A stretch of 64,000 nucleotides of DNA from a virus: positions 1 to 64,000 of IMG/VR virus record IMGVR_UViG_3300032245_001520; one strand, 5' to 3'. The notes below the pieces were generated by a model. It was not told the DNA's origin. It did no database searches and was given only the letters and a program-made list of their open reading frames with translations. Shown here piece by piece: positions 7,969 to 17,560 of this stretch. Every line of letters begins with the position of its first letter. Position 1 is the first letter of the stretch. The translations under genes and the position numbers were made by a program.

Positions 7969-10223
7969 TAGACAGGTGCGATAGTAGTTGCCACAAACGA
8001 AGCGCCAGTCGGAGGTGCGCCATTGAACGTGATTGCACTACCAGCCACTTCGTACGCATTACCAGCACCTGGCGTCTGAATCACCCCGCCGACGAACACT
8101 TGAATGTTGGTCGCAGGCGTCGGAGGGAATGCAACACCACTAACCTTGAGGTCAAAAGACGTTTCGGTGCCGTCAAAGTCGCCGGAGATGTCGTCAAAAT
8201 AGACGTATTTGGCACCGCCAGGCGCCGCAGCCCACGCAAGGCCCGTCGCGGTCCCGCTGTCAGCCGTGAGGACCAGGCCATTGGCACCCACAGGGAGAAT
8301 CGCCGGAGCGTTGTTGCCAGTCGCGGAGATCAGGTTGCCCTTGGCAGTGACAATCGACTGCAGAATCGGTGCGGTGCCCGCAGTGATCGCAGTGACGCGT
8401 CCTTTACTATCAACAGTGACCGAGGTCGGGTATGCCGAGGTGCTGGCGGGATCGGGAGCCAGATCGACGAGGCTGACGGTGACATTGCCCGTTCCGCCCG
8501 AGACAGCGATTTGGTTCGGCGTACCCGCGATCGAGTCAACGACAGTCGCCCATTTGAGGCCAGTGGCCGTGGTGCTGTCAGCGACCAGCGCGTAGCCATT
8601 GGTGCCAGCGGCGAGTTCGCCCACGACAGCGTTCGCTGTGCCCACGAGCACGTGGCCTTTGCCAGTGGCGGTTGCCTTGGGCACAGCAGCATCGGCAACG
8701 GTCTTGACCGCAGTCAGCTGTGCCTCGGTGGAAACGTCGGTGGTCGATGCACCGCCAAGGTTACCGCTGAGGCGAACCACACCGTAGATGGCCGTCGTTG
8801 CTTGCTGCACCTCAGGACCGATGGGCAGATAGATCCACTGAGTTCCGTCGGACAGGAACCAGTCACCAGGCTTGACGTTGGTGTAGGCAGTGCCGCCTGG
8901 GGGTGTGTAGCTGGCAGCGCCAGTCGTGACGATAACGAAGATGCTCTTGTTGGCATTGCTTGCCGCAGGAAGAGCAGCACCGTTGGCAAGGCCACCAGCG
9001 ATACCTTCAGCGGTGACGTCGGCGGTCAGACCCGTCGCAGCATTCAGTGTGCCGCCCAGAGTCAGACCGGAGCCGAGTCCGGAGATTTGCTGCTGCAGGA
9101 CGAAGATCTGGTTGGCAGTGGCGCCCAGAGTGGTGCTTTGGCTGTCCGAACCGTCGTAGAGTTGGACGACACCAGCTTGCGTCGTCGAGGCACTCTTGAC
9201 ACTGATGGTGCCACCGGCGGTAACGTCGATGTTAGTGCCGACCTGAACAACGCCAAGGTCCGTAGCGGATGCAGGGTTGACGCTGATGGAAACGGTGCCG
9301 GTGGGTGCGCTGACCTCGACGGGGCCGACAGCAGTGATGCTGTTGACGAGAGTGGCCCACTTGACGCCATAGTTGGTGACGGTGGAGTCAGCGACGAGTG
9401 CTTGGCCGTTGGTGCCAACATTCAGAATGACTTGGTCGCTGGTCTGACCAGGAGAGCCAACGACGAGCTGGCCGACAGCGGTCCACGCGATGCCGTCGGG
9501 GTCGGACCAGAACAGTGGGCCGCCAGCGCCGCCGGATCGCAGTTGCTGACCGTTGGTGCCAGCGGTGGCGGGCCAGGTGTAGTCGTTGTACGGTTTGGCG
9601 CCAGTGACGCCGTCCCAGAGTTGAACCTTGGTCTCCTCCAGCACGCGACCGGCATTGGCCGTCAGGGCCTGAGTCAGCGAGGTGCTGGCAAGAGTATCGT
9701 TGAGTTGGACGGCACCGGCTGCGGTCGTCGTAGCACCCGTGATGCCGATGATGGGGTTGGTTGCTGTGCCGGTGTTGCTGATGGGAGCAGTCACCGTGAC
9801 GGAAACCACGCCACCAGGAGTGATGTTCGTCCACTTGATGCCACCGGGGGAGGCGCTGTCGGCTTCGAGGAACTGGCCGTCGACACCGGGGTTGACGTAG
9901 ACGTAAGTACCAGCGCCGGTACCAGCAATCAGCTGACCGAGCGAGGTGAAGTTGAGACTGAAGGGATCGGACCACGCCAGCGTGTTGGCAGGACCGAGCG
10001 TCAGCTGCTGGTTCTGTGTGCCTGCAACTGCGGGCCAGACGTAAGCGTTGAACGCACCGGCGGAGTTGAGACGGACGAAGTCGGTAAGACTAGTCTGGTT
10101 GATCGAGATCTCACCAGTCGCCGAGATGGTGATGCCTGTGCCTGCGGTGACGCCAACGCCACCGGGAACGAGTGTCCCTAGGGTGGAGTTGCCCTGCAGG
10201 AGTTGTGCGCGGTTAAGAGCCAT
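7968..10223 (-). CDS. tail fibre protein (751 aa)
   Basis: Fibre repeats (ATTTAAGAVQL, ASTTQAGVVQL), L.ADS....G.KW repeats, C-terminal DDISGDFDG...VFVGGVIQ.P...PP domain. Confidence 0.8.
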   Translation of the reverse strand: MALNRAQLLQGNSTLGTLVPGGVGVTAGTGITISATGEISINQTSLTDFVRLNSAGAFNAYVWPAVAGTQNQQLTLGPANTLAWSDPFSLNFTSLGQLIAGTGAGTYVYVNPGVDGQFLEADSASPGGIKWTNITPGGVVSVTVTAPISNTGTATNPIIGITGATTTAAGAVQLNDTLASTSLTQALTANAGRVLEETKVQLWDGVTGAKPYNDYTWPATAGTNGQQLRSGGAGGPLFWSDPDGIAWTAVGQLVVGSPGQTSDQVILNVGTNGQALVADSTVTNYGVKWATLVNSITAVGPVEVSAPTGTVSISVNPASATDLGVVQVGTNIDVTAGGTISVKSASTTQAGVVQLYDGSDSQSTTLGATANQIFVLQQQISGLGSGLTLGGTLNAATGLTADVTAEGIAGGLANGAALPAASNANKSIFVIVTTGAASYTPPGGTAYTNVKPGDWFLSDGTQWIYLPIGPEVQQATTAIYGVVRLSGNLGGASTTDVSTEAQLTAVKTVADAAVPKATATGKGHVLVGTANAVVGELAAGTNGYALVADSTTATGLKWATVVDSIAGTPNQIAVSGGTGNVTVSLVDLAPDPASTSAYPTSVTVDSKGRVTAITAGTAPILQSIVTAKGNLISATGNNAPAILPVGANGLVLTADSGTATGLAWAAAPGGAKYVYFDDISGDFDGTETSFDLKVSGVAFPPTPATNIQVFVGGVIQTPGAGNAYEVAGSAITFNGAPPTGASFVATTIAPV

Positions 10224-10291
10224 TCTGACTGAGAAGGTAAAGGTCTGGAGTTGCTAGTTTCACCCTCTAGTCGAGGCTTGTTTCGTTGAAG

Positions 10292-10301
10292 GGTTTTACC
10301 C
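10292..10301 (-). promoter_or_regulatory. GGGTAAAACC putative late promoter
   Basis: Upstream of ATG 10223. Confidence 0.7.
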
Positions 10302-10305
10302 TCGT

Positions 10306-10788
10306 CTACGGCAAGACACTCACAATGCTAAATGCCGCAAATGTCAGTCCCGTCGGTGGCGGATTGGAGAATGCCACTCTGCACCGACCAGCATTCACAT
10401 TGAATGTGTACGCATCCGGCAGTTGGAACACACCGCCGAGAAACACTTGAATATTCGTCGCTTCCACCACTTTGTCGTTGCCTTGATAGGTAAGGAAGAA
10501 CGTCGTCCTGACCCCGTCAAACTGTCCCGAGATGTCGTCCCAGTTGAGAAATGTCCAGTCGCCACCGACGCCACCCGAAGACGAGATGACAACGTCTCCG
10601 ATACCGGCAGGCGGGTCCAGAGTGATGTTGGTTCCGGCAATGATTCGGTTTACTGCACCGCCACCACTCCGAACAATCCGCCATGTCGCTGTCACTGCCT
10701 CCCAGCGATACTGCGTCTGCCCCGGAAGTGGGGCGGTAGGGTACAGCTGACCGTTGGTTGGTGAAGGTGGGAAGGAGAGTAAGGACAT
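10306..10788 (-). CDS. small virion protein (FP..P..GQ module plus DDISG domain)
   Basis: N-terminus nearly matches 12169..14709; C-terminus matches 7968..10223. Confidence 0.75.
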   Translation of the reverse strand: MSLLSFPPSPTNGQLYPTAPLPGQTQYRWEAVTATWRIVRSGGGAVNRIIAGTNITLDPPAGIGDVVISSSGGVGGDWTFLNWDDISGQFDGVRTTFFLTYQGNDKVVEATNIQVFLGGVFQLPDAYTFNVNAGRCRVAFSNPPPTGLTFAAFSIVSVLP

Positions 10789-10823
10789 ATTTGCGGAAAC
10801 TCTGCCGACAGCTTCTGTTAACG

Positions 10824-10833
10824 GGTTTTACCC
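10824..10833 (-). promoter_or_regulatory. GGGTAAAACC putative late promoter
   Basis: Upstream of ATG 10788. Confidence 0.7.
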
Positions 10834-10843
10834 TGGGTTGAGG

Positions 10844-12154
10844 CTAAGAGGTTAAGTACAGTGTAGTATTGGTAGTGGGTGAAGGGTTGATTAGTTGATT
10901 TATAGAGTCTATGTTTGTATCAATACGACCGCCTGAAGACCTACGGCGAAACCGGCATTTGAACACAACGGGTCCGGTTTCTCCAGGAGCAAAAGCATAA
11001 GGACCATCGGACACAACAGTGTTAATGAGGCCAATGGGGGGAGGAAGCACTGCAACCGCGTTTTCTGCGGTTACGGTCCCGATCAGAGTTACGCCGTCTG
11101 CTTTGTAAGCTCTTAAAGTTTTTTCAAATTTGTACGAAGGGTTGGTTATACTAGAGCCAGTGTATCCGGTGTTGTACGCCTTGAAGTTTTGATTAGGCGC
11201 GGCGTTGTTATTCAGTCTAACTTTGTACTGATATAAAAAACCAGTGCCCGAGTAGTCAAAACCAGTGCCAATGAATAGGTGGTCAAACCTGTTCTGGTCA
11301 ACATCAAAGGTGAAGGAGCTATTGACCAAATCACCAGCACCTAAACCAAAGAACAGAAACTCAGAGAAAGTTTTGTCACCGATACTGCACTCAAATCCGG
11401 GAGAGGTTAACTCTGCGAAACTGACTGTGACAGGACCTGGAGGGACGTAAATGAGCTGGGTTACAGAGTCGGTGGTCACATCAATGCGACCGCCACTGGC
11501 AGGACGGGTAAAGGTGGCTTTAAAAACAATGGGCCCCGTCTCGGCGGCAGCAAAGTTGTAAGGGCCGTCGGATGTAACGGCTTTAAATATATCAGGGCCA
11601 ACTGGAACAAGGGCCGTGTCTGCTGTTACAGCGGCATTCGCTGGCGCCGGGTTGGAGCCTAGGGTGCCCCCAGTAATTTGAGTTGTTCCGTTGGCCTTGT
11701 AGGCTCTCAGGACTTTTTTATATTTTCCAGTGTTGTTGGTGGAATAATCATTAAAACTTGTGTTGTACCTGTAAAATGCTTGACCGATTGGGGCGCTAGG
11801 AAGCAAGCTAACTTTATATTGATAGTTGAAGCCAGTACCTGTGTAGGCGAGGGACGCCCCACTAAAAATATGGTCCCCCTTTTCGGGGTCAATCGAAATG
11901 GTAAAGAAACTATTGACTAAATCTCCGGCACCTAAACGAGAGAATAAAAACTCAGAGAAGACTTTGTCTCCGAGAGTAATCTCAAACCCAGGAGAGGTTA
12001 ACTCTGCGAAACTGACTGTGATCGAAGATGAGTATCCCTGTCGCGCCACTGGCGGAGACCACACAAGTGCAGATCCACAATACACAGCCTTTGCTGGGTA
12101 GGTGTTGTGAAAAACTTCAGTAACGGTGGAGTCTCCAAGTTTCAGGTTTAACAT
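10844..12154 (-). CDS. fibre-tip/adhesin-like protein with a duplicated ~190 aa domain
   Basis: LKLG..V..V......VY.GS.LVW N-terminus; two copies of TVSFAELTSPGFE...GDK.FSEFLF..LGAGDLVNS; AT-richer than flanks. Confidence 0.65.
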   Translation of the reverse strand: MLNLKLGDSTVTEVFHNTYPAKAVYCGSALVWSPPVARQGYSSSITVSFAELTSPGFEITLGDKVFSEFLFSRLGAGDLVNSFFTISIDPEKGDHIFSGASLAYTGTGFNYQYKVSLLPSAPIGQAFYRYNTSFNDYSTNNTGKYKKVLRAYKANGTTQITGGTLGSNPAPANAAVTADTALVPVGPDIFKAVTSDGPYNFAAAETGPIVFKATFTRPASGGRIDVTTDSVTQLIYVPPGPVTVSFAELTSPGFECSIGDKTFSEFLFFGLGAGDLVNSSFTFDVDQNRFDHLFIGTGFDYSGTGFLYQYKVRLNNNAAPNQNFKAYNTGYTGSSITNPSYKFEKTLRAYKADGVTLIGTVTAENAVAVLPPPIGLINTVVSDGPYAFAPGETGPVVFKCRFRRRSSGGRIDTNIDSINQLINPSPTTNTTLYLTS

Positions 12155-12168
12155 GATAGTGTCTGGTG

Positions 12169-14709
12169 TCAGTTTGTGTTAACAGTCCACCCTCTTGCCT
12201 CCAGGGCTGCCTTAGCGGCTAATCCTGCTGGGCCGGGGGGCGAGGAGGTGCCCCCGTCGATTGACAGTATACCGTTAGGTTGACCCGCAGTGTTAATGGA
12301 GACAAGAATGTTATCCACGCTGGTTTGATTGAGAGCGCAGAACTGCCAAGCCTCTTCAAAAGCAGTTGCCATGCAAGTGTCAAATATGTTGGCAGGGAAA
12401 GAGACCAGATTTGTACAACCGTACCAAGCGCCGTTGAAGTAAAGTCCAGAACTAAAGTCGAGACTAGGGAAAGAAGTTAGTCCGATGCACCCCGACCAGG
12501 CATAAAAGAACCCCTCCCCTGAACTTGTGTTGAGAATAGGGAAAGATCCAAGGGAGTTGCAGTTACCCCATGCACTGCCGAAATTGGTTCCTTTACTTGT
12601 GTCAAGAAGGGGGAAAGATGTCAAGCTAGTGCAGTTACCCCAGGCGCCCACAAAATTAACCCCTGAACTTACATCAAGCAAGGGGAACGAGGTTAGTGAA
12701 GTGCAACCATACCACGTTTGAAAAAATTCAAGTCCTGAACTCATATTAAGTTGCGGGAAAGAGGTTAAGGAGTCACATTTTTGCCAAGTGAAGGAGAAGT
12801 TTGTGCCTTTGCTCACATCGAGAAGAGGGAAAAAGGCCAAGTCACTGTAATCCCCGGCACGTTCTAACAAGTCCATGTCCCAGGCACTCTCGAAGTTTGT
12901 CCCGTTGCTGGTGTCGATCAGAGGGAAAGAAGTTAAACTATAACAGTTCCTCCAAGCAAAACTGAAATCAGTTCCTTTGCTGGTGTCAATCAAAGGGAAA
13001 GAGGTTAGACCCCAGCAATAACTCCATGCCCTAGTGAAAATTATTCCAGAACTTGTGTCGAGTTGGGGGAAGAAGGTTAACTCAGTGCAACCGTCCCAAG
13101 CGTAGGTGAAATCAGTCACGCAATACGGGTTTACGTCCGTCCTGCACCCATAAGGGGGCAAGTCACACTGAAGTATAACGTACAAAGTGTCAAAACTCTT
13201 TGAGGAAAGAGCATCATAAGCGGTTTGAGACAACGAAACCATGTTGTAGATGCTATCGGACCCTGGCACAAGGTCCACATCACTCACCACGGTCTTGTCA
13301 ATTCTTTGTTTGTCCGCAGCAGACATTGACCCTGGGTCTGTCTGTGTTGCTTCCGTTATAGTGATGTTCGGCGAAGACGGGTTTCCCGTGAGAACAATGG
13401 GTTCAGTCGCTGTAACTTCGGAGACAGAAGTGTCCGTAACGTCCAACCACAACCACTCCGCTCCATCAGAGAGAAACCAGTCACCCTTCGAAGTGTCGTA
13501 AGGACCACCCCCACCCGGTGGATCGTAGGTTCCCCCCACAGTGATGATAACGAAATAGTCCTTATTGGCGGGTGCGGCTATTGGAAGGTCCTGATTGACG
13601 ATGAACCCCGCTGTGTCACCGTCCGGAGTTGTCACGGTCACACGAGAAGTGCTTGCGTCAAACAACCCCGCCAGTGTCAAATTGCTTGCATTTGCCAGAG
13701 CGTTAATCTGCTGCTGCAGAAACCATATCATATTAGCGGTGGCTGCCTGTGCAGTATTGCTCTCTCCCGTGTTCGTATCGTTCAGCTGGACAACACCACG
13801 TGCCGATGTCGTCGCCGATCGCACCGTGATGTTCGGTGTCGTGTCACCAAACGTCACCTCAAGTGGCAGATCGGCAGTGACCTCGGTGACTGTGCCAGGG
13901 AGTCCGTCGACCGCATTGATGTACCCAGCGGCGTTGAGATAGAGTGTTCTCTGCGTTGCGTTGGCCAGGCCCGGTAGTTGCACACCGACTGAGTCCCACT
14001 GCATCTTTTTGACAGCGCCCGCTGAGACTGCGATCGATGTTGCGTCTGGGTTGTACAGTCCGTACGTCTGCCCACCGACTGCGAGAGAGACATTGCCGAC
14101 ATCGCCAGTCTGCACCGTGCGGATGCGACCGTCAGCAGCGAGGTTGATGGCAGGGTTGACGTCGGTGCCGCCGACCTGAACGGCGTTCGCCCGATTGGTC
14201 GGCGCCAGGTTGCTGCCAGTCAGCAGCCAGTCGCTGTTGTTGATGACGCTGATGGCGCCGCTAGGGGTGACCGAGATGGTCGTGCCGTCGGGGATGACTC
14301 CGCCGAGAGTGGCCGTGGTTGCTGCTGGGAGCGTGTAGTTGCTCAGACCGTCCAGTTTGGTCTTGTCTGCCGCTGACAGCGAGCCAGGAGACAGGGTGGT
14401 CGCCGGATTGATCGAGACGACCGGAAATGCTGTGGTGCCACCGACGACGATGGGCAACGTGCCGGTCACCTGTGTGACGGTGCCGCCCCCGCCACCGCCC
14501 GTGGCGCTGACGGTGACGACACCGACCCCTTCAGGGGGACTCAGAGAGATATTTGGCCCTGCAATCAGTCGCTCAACACCGCCACCTGCACGAATGATGC
14601 GCCATGTGCTTGTGGCCGCCTCCCACTCGTACTGCGTCTGGTTCGGCAGAGGGACGACAGGGTAGATCTGTCCGTTGAAGGGATAGTCGGGGAAATTGAG
14701 TAGCGACAT
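12169..14709 (-). CDS. tail fibre protein with C-terminal BspA/DUF285-like leucine-rich repeats
   Basis: Fibre repeats, LSQTAYDAL...TLYVI motif, about 11 repeats of AW..C..LTSFPL.DTS.G..F. Confidence 0.75.
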   Translation of the reverse strand: MSLLNFPDYPFNGQIYPVVPLPNQTQYEWEAATSTWRIIRAGGGVERLIAGPNISLSPPEGVGVVTVSATGGGGGGTVTQVTGTLPIVVGGTTAFPVVSINPATTLSPGSLSAADKTKLDGLSNYTLPAATTATLGGVIPDGTTISVTPSGAISVINNSDWLLTGSNLAPTNRANAVQVGGTDVNPAINLAADGRIRTVQTGDVGNVSLAVGGQTYGLYNPDATSIAVSAGAVKKMQWDSVGVQLPGLANATQRTLYLNAAGYINAVDGLPGTVTEVTADLPLEVTFGDTTPNITVRSATTSARGVVQLNDTNTGESNTAQAATANMIWFLQQQINALANASNLTLAGLFDASTSRVTVTTPDGDTAGFIVNQDLPIAAPANKDYFVIITVGGTYDPPGGGGPYDTSKGDWFLSDGAEWLWLDVTDTSVSEVTATEPIVLTGNPSSPNITITEATQTDPGSMSAADKQRIDKTVVSDVDLVPGSDSIYNMVSLSQTAYDALSSKSFDTLYVILQCDLPPYGCRTDVNPYCVTDFTYAWDGCTELTFFPQLDTSSGIIFTRAWSYCWGLTSFPLIDTSKGTDFSFAWRNCYSLTSFPLIDTSNGTNFESAWDMDLLERAGDYSDLAFFPLLDVSKGTNFSFTWQKCDSLTSFPQLNMSSGLEFFQTWYGCTSLTSFPLLDVSSGVNFVGAWGNCTSLTSFPLLDTSKGTNFGSAWGNCNSLGSFPILNTSSGEGFFYAWSGCIGLTSFPSLDFSSGLYFNGAWYGCTNLVSFPANIFDTCMATAFEEAWQFCALNQTSVDNILVSINTAGQPNGILSIDGGTSSPPGPAGLAAKAALEARGWTVNTN

Positions 14710-14741
14710 ACCCGTGGCGGACTAGGGTGGTTCTGTTGAGT

Positions 14742-14751
14742 GGTTTTACCC
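14742..14751 (-). promoter_or_regulatory. GGGTAAAACC putative late promoter
   Basis: Upstream of ATG 14709. Confidence 0.7.
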
Positions 14752-14758
14752 CTGACTG

Positions 14759-15223
14759 TTAGGGGAAGACGATGGCGTTCACTTCGGCGATGGTTGCCGC
14801 TGCGGCAATGTCCACTTGCTTCTGCAATGTGGCAGCGGACTCGGCATTCAAATCGTTAATGATGTTCTGGAAACGAACGTCGCGACTGATGGCTGCGAGG
14901 GCGGCCTGAGCGGCGATTTGCTCGGCAGTGTAGCCGTCGAGGAGAGTCTGTTGAGTGGCGACGGACTCGGTCTGCACCGTGTGGTCAGCATACAGTTTCG
15001 CAGTGGCGAGGTTGAAGGTGACGGTGTTCGGGGAGGGCAGGTTGTCGACTAGATCGAATGCCATAGGCCAGTACTGACAACCGGGGAAGTCAGCGAGGTC
15101 CACGACTGCCCACTGGTCAGCGGCGAGACCGGACTGCTCGGCAAACTCCTCTGTGGTCAAACCCTCTGGAACTTCCCAAATTTGGGGTGTGACGTTATCG
15201 TTGAGTCCAAGAATGTGTGTCAT
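14759..15223 (-). CDS. putative tail fibre assembly chaperone
   Basis: 154 aa acidic protein directly after a fibre gene; ends I.AA.TIAEV.AI. Confidence 0.5.
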   Translation of the reverse strand: MTHILGLNDNVTPQIWEVPEGLTTEEFAEQSGLAADQWAVVDLADFPGCQYWPMAFDLVDNLPSPNTVTFNLATAKLYADHTVQTESVATQQTLLDGYTAEQIAAQAALAAISRDVRFQNIINDLNAESAATLQKQVDIAAAATIAEVNAIVFP

Positions 15224-15232
15224 AGTTCGTTA

Positions 15233-16411
15233 TTAGAATGGGCTACCAGCAGTGAGCAAGACACCGTCTCCACCTGTCAAGGGCTCGATGTTGAACGGTA
15301 GAGTACCTCCCGGACCTGTAAAGACAAGAGCGCCACCTCCTGTGCCCCCGTTGGAACCGCCACCGCCTCCTGCAATTATCCCACCTGTGGAGATCGTTCC
15401 TAGGCTTGCGCCCGCTGCCCCCCCTGTAAGGGTGGTTGTTCCTGACCCAGTGTACCCAAAAGTGCTTTGAATAAGCACAACACCGCCACCGCCCCCTCCT
15501 CCGCCGTTCCACGTAGCGGTGCCGGGAGAAAGGTCTGAGTATGCGTTGGACCCTGCACCCCCGGTGACTGAGATGGCACCGTTGTGAGTAATCTGCTTAT
15601 CTGCATGCAGAATGATTGTTCCTCCAGACCCTCCGCCAGACCCGGTGAGGAGCCACCCAGGGCCACTGGTAGCGGACTGGGAATTACGGAAAGAATTCCT
15701 GCCATTCGCAGTCAAAAGCGACCCAGCAAAAGTTGTGATTGTGCCGTAGGATCGGATAGCAATACCGCCACCCCCTGGCCCACCGGGGTTGGGCGCCGCT
15801 GAAGCCCCAACGTTGACCTGAACAGTTCCGGACCCTCCGGCAGAACCCACGATAGACACGGAAGGTGTGTATGGGTTAGTGTCCAGATTATACCCACCTC
15901 CACCGATACCCAACCCGGTTACCCCTATATCCCTTTGATTACTAGTGAGTGTTGCAGCACTTTCGAAGTATCCCCCACCGGAGGGACCTGAGTAGTTCAG
16001 GTCAATAGTGCCGCGAATCACCACGTTACCGGTGCAGATAAACACCAGCGCCTGCGTCGTGGAAGTGACCGTTACACCGGCATTGATTGTCAGGTCGTTG
16101 ACGTAGTAGGTGCCTTGGGTGAGTGTCGTGTTCGTGGAGATGGTAAGGTCAGCGGGCAGCGTTGAGGGTACTGGGACGTAGTCTAGCTGATTCCACTGCG
16201 TAACCGCGTTGGTGTAAACCTCCAGGTATCCAAACTCTGTGTTCCACCGGGTTTGACCAGGGACCGGAGCACCTGGCCTCTCCGCCGTGGTCCCCGACGG
16301 CAGGGTGGACGCACCGTTGGCGCCGGTCTTGGCCGTGACTTGATCAGCGGCCATCTTGTAGTTAGTGCCTCCGCGGTCAACCACAAAAAGGTCAGTATTC
16401 TGAAGTGCCAT
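15233..16411 (-). CDS. glycine-rich fibre/adhesin protein
   Basis: DLFVVDRGGTNYK N-terminus, LPSGTTAERP...RWNT motif, multiple GGGGG runs. Confidence 0.75.
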   Translation of the reverse strand: MALQNTDLFVVDRGGTNYKMAADQVTAKTGANGASTLPSGTTAERPGAPVPGQTRWNTEFGYLEVYTNAVTQWNQLDYVPVPSTLPADLTISTNTTLTQGTYYVNDLTINAGVTVTSTTQALVFICTGNVVIRGTIDLNYSGPSGGGYFESAATLTSNQRDIGVTGLGIGGGGYNLDTNPYTPSVSIVGSAGGSGTVQVNVGASAAPNPGGPGGGGIAIRSYGTITTFAGSLLTANGRNSFRNSQSATSGPGWLLTGSGGGSGGTIILHADKQITHNGAISVTGGAGSNAYSDLSPGTATWNGGGGGGGGVVLIQSTFGYTGSGTTTLTGGAAGASLGTISTGGIIAGGGGGSNGGTGGGALVFTGPGGTLPFNIEPLTGGDGVLLTAGSPF

Positions 16412-16417
16412 ATCGAG

Positions 16418-17014
16418 TTAGGGGAGGGCGGGAAGAGGTGTGATTGCGAGTGCGATTGTCCTGTTGGTGTTAGCACCGGAGATCGCGATCGCGGAGCCTG
16501 CGGTAACGGCCAGGACGCCAGTGTTGGAGATGGTCGGGTTCTGTCCCGCAGTAACTCCGATGCCACCACCTGCCGTCACTGTTAGGATGCCGGTGTTGGA
16601 CAGAGTGACGTTGCCGGTGCTTCCGCCGCCGGAGATGCCATTGATGCCGAACACGCCAGAGATGCCGCTGGTGGCGCTGCTGTAACTGGTGCCAACTTGC
16701 ACCCAGACGGGTTGGCCGCCATTGGAGTAACGCAGAAAGAGACTGGCGAGGTTGTTGTCCCAGTAGAGGGACCCGTCGACAGCTTGCAGTCGGCCACCGC
16801 CGGGGGAGGGGGGGAGTCCGAGGCTCGGCAATGCCACCTTGACGAAGGTGCCGTCAACGGTGAGACCAAGACCCAGGGAGCTCACCCAGTCTACTCGTGC
16901 AACACCTGTTGCATCGATAGAGATGCTTTCGCTGCCTTTGACAGCTTGGACCTGGCCAGCCAGGACTGCTCCCTGGGTGGTGTCCCCGGATAAATACTGA
17001 GCCCTAGTTAGCAT
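16418..17014 (-). CDS. small fibre-related protein
   Basis: RAQ.L.GD.T.G N-terminus shared with the 4886 and 7968 genes; ends ITPLPALP like the 4886 gene. Confidence 0.7.
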   Translation of the reverse strand: MLTRAQYLSGDTTQGAVLAGQVQAVKGSESISIDATGVARVDWVSSLGLGLTVDGTFVKVALPSLGLPPSPGGGRLQAVDGSLYWDNNLASLFLRYSNGGQPVWVQVGTSYSSATSGISGVFGINGISGGGSTGNVTLSNTGILTVTAGGGIGVTAGQNPTISNTGVLAVTAGSAIAISGANTNRTIALAITPLPALP

Positions 17015-17037
17015 GGACGACCCCCGTGTTCTTGACT

Positions 17038-17047
17038 GGTTTTACCC
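17038..17047 (-). promoter_or_regulatory. GGGTAAAACC putative late promoter
   Basis: Upstream of ATG 17014. Confidence 0.7.
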
Positions 17048-17527
17048 TCACCCGCCACTAGAGATGGCGATGAACGAGGCATCGGACGACGGTGCTTCGA
17101 AGAACGAGATGGTCGATCCGACAACTTCATAGGAGTCGCCGTACACCTGGGAAACACCGCCGACCGAGACGAAGATGTTGGTCGGAGGGTTGGGGGAGAA
17201 AGGAGTCATCGTCCCTGCCATCACCAGAGTGAAGTCACCGAGGACTCCGTTGAACGGTTCCAGCAGTTCGAGCGACTGGAAGAAGCTGCGACCGGAAAGG
17301 TCCCAGGTGACGCCGTCGACACCTATTCGACTCAGCTGTGTCCCAGCAGGGCCATTCGCAGCAGACCAGACGTATCCGTTGTACGCAAGCTGGTTATTGG
17401 TGCGGACGAACGATGGCACCACGTCCCACTTTGTTCCGTCCCAGCGCCATTGGCTTACGCCAGGGGTGCCGGGGTCCGCGGGAAACCGCTGGTTTAGGGT
17501 GGGAGAAGCAGGGAATGTTAGAGCCAT
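17048..17527 (-). CDS. small virion protein
   Basis: MALTFPASP N-terminus, VRTNN..AYN.YVW motif, C-terminal NIFVSVGGV.Q domain. Confidence 0.7.
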   Translation of the reverse strand: MALTFPASPTLNQRFPADPGTPGVSQWRWDGTKWDVVPSFVRTNNQLAYNGYVWSAANGPAGTQLSRIGVDGVTWDLSGRSFFQSLELLEPFNGVLGDFTLVMAGTMTPFSPNPPTNIFVSVGGVSQVYGDSYEVVGSTISFFEAPSSDASFIAISSGG

Positions 17528-17550
17528 CTTCGTCTTCGTCTAGATGAAAG

Positions 17551-17560
17551 GGTTTTACCC
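17551..17560 (-). promoter_or_regulatory. GGGTAAAACC putative late promoter
   Basis: Upstream of ATG 17527; its TAA is the glycosyltransferase stop codon. Confidence 0.7.

Noticed and set aside
7941-10181. Long plus-strand ORFs (746 aa here; also 59788..61056, 47732..48589 and others)
   Set aside because: Antisense shadows of codon-biased fibre genes; no recognisable motifs and no promoter motif on that strand
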